A stretch of 64,000 nucleotides of DNA from Candidatus Parcubacteria bacterium (GTDB taxonomy: Bacteria > Patescibacteriota > Minisyncoccia > JAHIHE01 > JAGLIN01): NCBI GenBank assembly GCA_023132875.1, contig JAGLXN010000017.1, forward strand, positions 22,142 to 86,141, given 5' to 3'. The first letter of the stretch is position 1. Every line of letters begins with the position of its first letter. Shown here one piece after another: positions 61,051 through 64,000 of this stretch. The notes beneath the pieces were generated by a model, which was not told where the DNA came from, did not search any database, and saw only the letters and a program-made list of their open reading frames with translations. The translations under genes were made by a program, and so were the position numbers.

Positions 61051-62118
61051 CTATAATTCAATTTCACAGCAAAACTTTTTTAACGCTTCTTCTGAATAAT
61101 ATTTCAGCAATAATTTATTATACCATAAATCAAAAACATACTCTTGATTAGTTTTAGAAATAGCTCGTCCTTCTTTCTCTGAAAGTTCAAAATTAATTTT
61201 AGCCGCCGGAAAATCTTCAACTTTGAGTATTTCCAATCTCAGAGGTAAATTTTTACTAATTTTTCGAAGCTCAAACAAAAAACTTTCCAGTTTTTCTTTC
61301 GCTATTTTTTTATCATAGACATAAGCTGGAACATAAGCATAAAAATCAGCGCCCAAATCAATTAAAAATTTTGCGGCTTCAAACTGATTTTTATAAAACT
61401 TTTCTTTTGCCCCTGTTATCAGGCTAAAATCCTCTTTTACTGTTCCTTTAAAACATCCTACGATCCCGACATTTTTTTGGCTTAAAACTTTTTCAAGTTC
61501 ATTTTTTTGTTCTTTCATAATTTCTATGGCGGATAAATTCGTATCAATCCACAAATACGAGTCTTCAGATTTTTTCATCATCTCATTATAAAGATCAATA
61601 ACAATTTCAGGAATAATCATGCACTCTCCCCCGCTTATTCTTATTACATTCATTGCCTCTTTTGAATCTTTTTTTATTCTTAAAAATTCTTCAACGATTT
61701 CTTTAGCGCTGAAAAATCTTCCGTATCTTTTATCCGCCGAATTAAGTTCGCGAGGAACAAAACAATAGTTGCACGAATAATTGCATCCCGCGACTTGCAT
61801 CGTGAAAACTTTGCTAAATTCCGCAAGGCTTCTTTTTAGATTATAAGCTGCTGAATATGTCGGGTTTTGGAATTCAGTTCTTTTAAATCCATTCTTTCTC
61901 AGCCCCAAAAATTTATCAGACCATTTTTTCTTTTCGCTTGCCTTGACCCATCCCGGTTTATCAATATAATCTTTATATCTGAAATAATCAGTAAGAACTT
62001 TCCGTTCTCCCGGATCCTGCCCCGCTCCGCCAATTTTTGCAAGCAGATATTTATTATCTCTTATTAATTTTTTTCTGAGCATTCGCGCTCTTTGGCTTGG
62101 GTTAAACATAAAAATCAT
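61051..62118 (-). CDS. radical SAM protein
   Basis: GCNYSCNYC (CxxxCxxC), RISGGE, DTN. Confidence 0.85.
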   Translation of the reverse strand: MIFMFNPSQRARMLRKKLIRDNKYLLAKIGGAGQDPGERKVLTDYFRYKDYIDKPGWVKASEKKKWSDKFLGLRKNGFKRTEFQNPTYSAAYNLKRSLAEFSKVFTMQVAGCNYSCNYCFVPRELNSADKRYGRFFSAKEIVEEFLRIKKDSKEAMNVIRISGGECMIIPEIVIDLYNEMMKKSEDSYLWIDTNLSAIEIMKEQKNELEKVLSQKNVGIVGCFKGTVKEDFSLITGAKEKFYKNQFEAAKFLIDLGADFYAYVPAYVYDKKIAKEKLESFLFELRKISKNLPLRLEILKVEDFPAAKINFELSEKEGRAISKTNQEYVFDLWYNKLLLKYYSEEALKKFCCEIEL

Positions 62119-62319
62119 TTTAACATATAAATAATTGCTATTTCATTTCTTTGGACGAGTCCTTAGTTTCATAAATTGTTCTATAAAATTATTCTGCATG
62201 TATTTGCAATCTGTTTCTTATTCTCCTATTCGCGCGAATTAGAGAATAGAAAACAAGAAATAAATTTTTTTATTGTTTTATTGTGCTAATTATGATATAG
62301 TTATTAAGGAGGGAATAAG

Positions 62320-62637
62320 TTGGCTCTAACCGTAGTAATTGAAAATTATACAAAACCAAAAAAAATAGTAACATTGGAAGATTTTCGTGGTTCAAAAAAC
62401 GATAAAAATATATGCGATCATTGCGGGAGAAAGGTTGATAAGGTTGATGATGAGAACAAACAAGAGCACGAATGTAAAACATGCCATAACAAATTTACGG
62501 GAAGAATATTGACATGTGTAAACCCAAGATGTAATCCAGTAATCTTTTTTTGGGAAGTAAAGGGTTTAACGGTAACAACATGTTCTCAATGTGGATTGAA
62601 TAATTGTAAAGAAGTTCTTCGCAATGTTGAAAACTAA
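62320..62637 (+). CDS. orphan multi-zinc-ribbon protein
   Basis: CDHC, CKTC, CVNPRC, CSQC; TAAGGAGG SD before TTG. Confidence 0.65.
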   Translation: MALTVVIENYTKPKKIVTLEDFRGSKNDKNICDHCGRKVDKVDDENKQEHECKTCHNKFTGRILTCVNPRCNPVIFFWEVKGLTVTTCSQCGLNNCKEVLRNVEN

Positions 62638-62652
62638 AGTAGAAACATTTTG

Positions 62653-62692
62653 AAGGGTTTAATTCTACAACATTGGAATTTTAACCCTTTTT
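62653..62692. terminator. terminator between convergent genes
   Basis: AAGGGTT...AACCCTT followed by a T-run. Confidence 0.55.
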
Positions 62693-63532
62693 TTATTTTT
62701 TCAAAACCATCCACCCAAATTTTATCGTCGCGTTATAAATTCGTTTTATTCTTCGCGGATTCAAGATCAATCGCCACAGCCATTCCAATCCCAATTTTTG
62801 GAAAATCAATGGCGCGCGTTTGACTTCACCAGATATAAAATCAAACGATCCGCCGACTCCAATTGCCAGCTTTACGCTTGGCAATTTTTTTAAGTTCTCA
62901 TAAATCCATTCTTCCTGTTTAGGAACGCCAAACGCAACGAGTATTATATCTGGTTTTGTTCTATTTATCCGCTGAATTAATTCTTCATTTAACTTATGAA
63001 ACTTATTATTATAAGAATTTGGAATTTTTCCTCCCAAGGCGGACCAGCCTTTGGCTGGGAATTTGGAATTTTGAGATTTATTTGGTATTTGGTATTTGGT
63101 ATTTGGTATTTCAAACCACATTCCCTCCTCCGCGCCCACGATATTTAAACGATCATACTTTTTAGATAAAACTTTTGCGGCTTCTCCCGCTATCCCTTCT
63201 CCCGCTCCTAATAAATATATCTTTTTACCTTTTATAAGTTCAGATTCACAGATTTTATAAATTAAATTAATACCCGTAATTTTTTCGGGCAATGTTTTAT
63301 GATTTAAAAATTTGTTCGCAAATAAAATTCCTGTTCCATCCGGAATAATAATATCGGCTTCATTTATAATTTTTTTAAAGTGATTATTTTTTCGAGCTTC
63401 AACAACCATTTCTGGGTTTAGTGTTACAATATAATGTTGTTGATCCGATAATAAAAAACTCTTGATTTTTTCAAGAACTTCTTTTGTTGTAATCTTATTT
63501 ACTTTTACATCTAATATTTTTTCATAATTCAT
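62693..63532 (-). CDS. WecB/TagA/CpsF family glycosyltransferase
   Basis: TLNPE, PDGTG, AFGVPKQE, GVGGSFD, RAP, GLEWLWRL; repeat-derived insertion at 63015-63112. Confidence 0.92.
   Translation of the reverse strand: MNYEKILDVKVNKITTKEVLEKIKSFLLSDQQHYIVTLNPEMVVEARKNNHFKKIINEADIIIPDGTGILFANKFLNHKTLPEKITGINLIYKICESELIKGKKIYLLGAGEGIAGEAAKVLSKKYDRLNIVGAEEGMWFEIPNTKYQIPNKSQNSKFPAKGWSALGGKIPNSYNNKFHKLNEELIQRINRTKPDIILVAFGVPKQEEWIYENLKKLPSVKLAIGVGGSFDFISGEVKRAPLIFQKLGLEWLWRLILNPRRIKRIYNATIKFGWMVLKK
63029..63058. repeat. 30-nt GC hairpin module in heptamer array, in frame in tagA-like gene
   Basis: tcctcccaaggcggaccagcctttggctgg between GAATTTG and TATTTGG heptamers. Confidence 0.9.
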
Positions 63533-63556
63533 AATTTATTCTTTAAACCTAAGAAG

Positions 63557-64000
63557 CTAAGAAGCTAGCTCAAAACTCTCAACTAATTTATATTTTTCTA
63601 TGTTCGGCCTAAGCTGGCTTTCTATAATTTCTATGCTTTCGGCTTTAAATTTCATATTTTTTAAAACAATATTCGTTTGCTTTCCTTTGAGCTGATTTCC
63701 CCTGGCGCGCGCAAGAGTGATGTGCGGTTTGAATTCGCGATCTTCCATTTCAAATCCGTAAAATTTTAAGTTTTGTTCCATAGCGCGTTTTAGCTTTATA
63801 AGATTTGCGTCTATCAAAACCGTCGCCCAAAACATTCTTGCTTGAACAGGATCCGGTCCTAAAACTATTCTATCCAGACACATATCAAAAGGCTTAATTT
63901 CCGAAGCGGTTTTTTCAACCGCCAATAAAATTAATTCTAACTCTTTTCTGTCCACTTCTCCTAAAAATCTGACTGTTATATGCAGTTTATAAAAATTTGT
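63557..64000 (-). CDS. thpR: RNA 2',3'-cyclic phosphodiesterase (2H family), 5' end beyond window
   Basis: Two HxT motifs: LHITVRFLG (manual translation at window end) and FKPHITLAR. Confidence 0.88.
   Translation of the reverse strand, partial: TNFYKLHITVRFLGEVDRKELELILLAVEKTASEIKPFDMCLDRIVLGPDPVQARMFWATVLIDANLIKLKRAMEQNLKFYGFEMEDREFKPHITLARARGNQLKGKQTNIVLKNMKFKAESIEIIESQLRPNIEKYKLVESFELAS

Noticed and set aside
1826..63165. Many short antisense ORFs in the track overlapping recognised genes
   Set aside because: They fully overlap well-supported genes on the opposite strand and have the F/L/S/I-rich composition typical of shadows.
1..64000. Alternative genetic code (UGA=Gly)
   Set aside because: Conserved genes are full length in the standard code and several end at TGA.

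Overview
AT-rich bacterial chromosome segment in the standard genetic code (TGA is used as stop). It most likely comes from a Patescibacteria/CPR (Parcubacteria-type) genome: rpmD/L30 is absent from the spc operon, core genes mostly lack Shine-Dalgarno motifs, and a VirD4-like ATPase plus CPR-style hypothetical genes are present. The left ~18 kb is mostly + strand: parAB, greA, lysS fused to an HD domain, serS, murF-DegT-femX, ftsQ, gltX and a C39 peptidase. Almost everything after ~18.7 kb is - strand: an integrase relic, thiI, iscS, galT, ruvX, map-adk-gmk-secY, the spc/S10 ribosomal-protein cluster, tuf, a surface metallopeptidase, tRNA-Gly, the VirD4-like ATPase with large orphan neighbours, a Ca/Na antiporter, a radical SAM protein, tagA and thpR. 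The most striking unexplained signal is a dense, nested set of short repeats. It includes inverted arrays of degenerate 7/8/9-mer tandem repeats at gene junctions, several REP-like palindrome families and small MITEs. One exactly 30-nt GC-rich hairpin module appears only inside heptamer arrays. Several of these repeats lie in frame inside housekeeping genes (gltX, tagA, thiI, murF, femX). Product calls come from motif recognition only; no searches were run.
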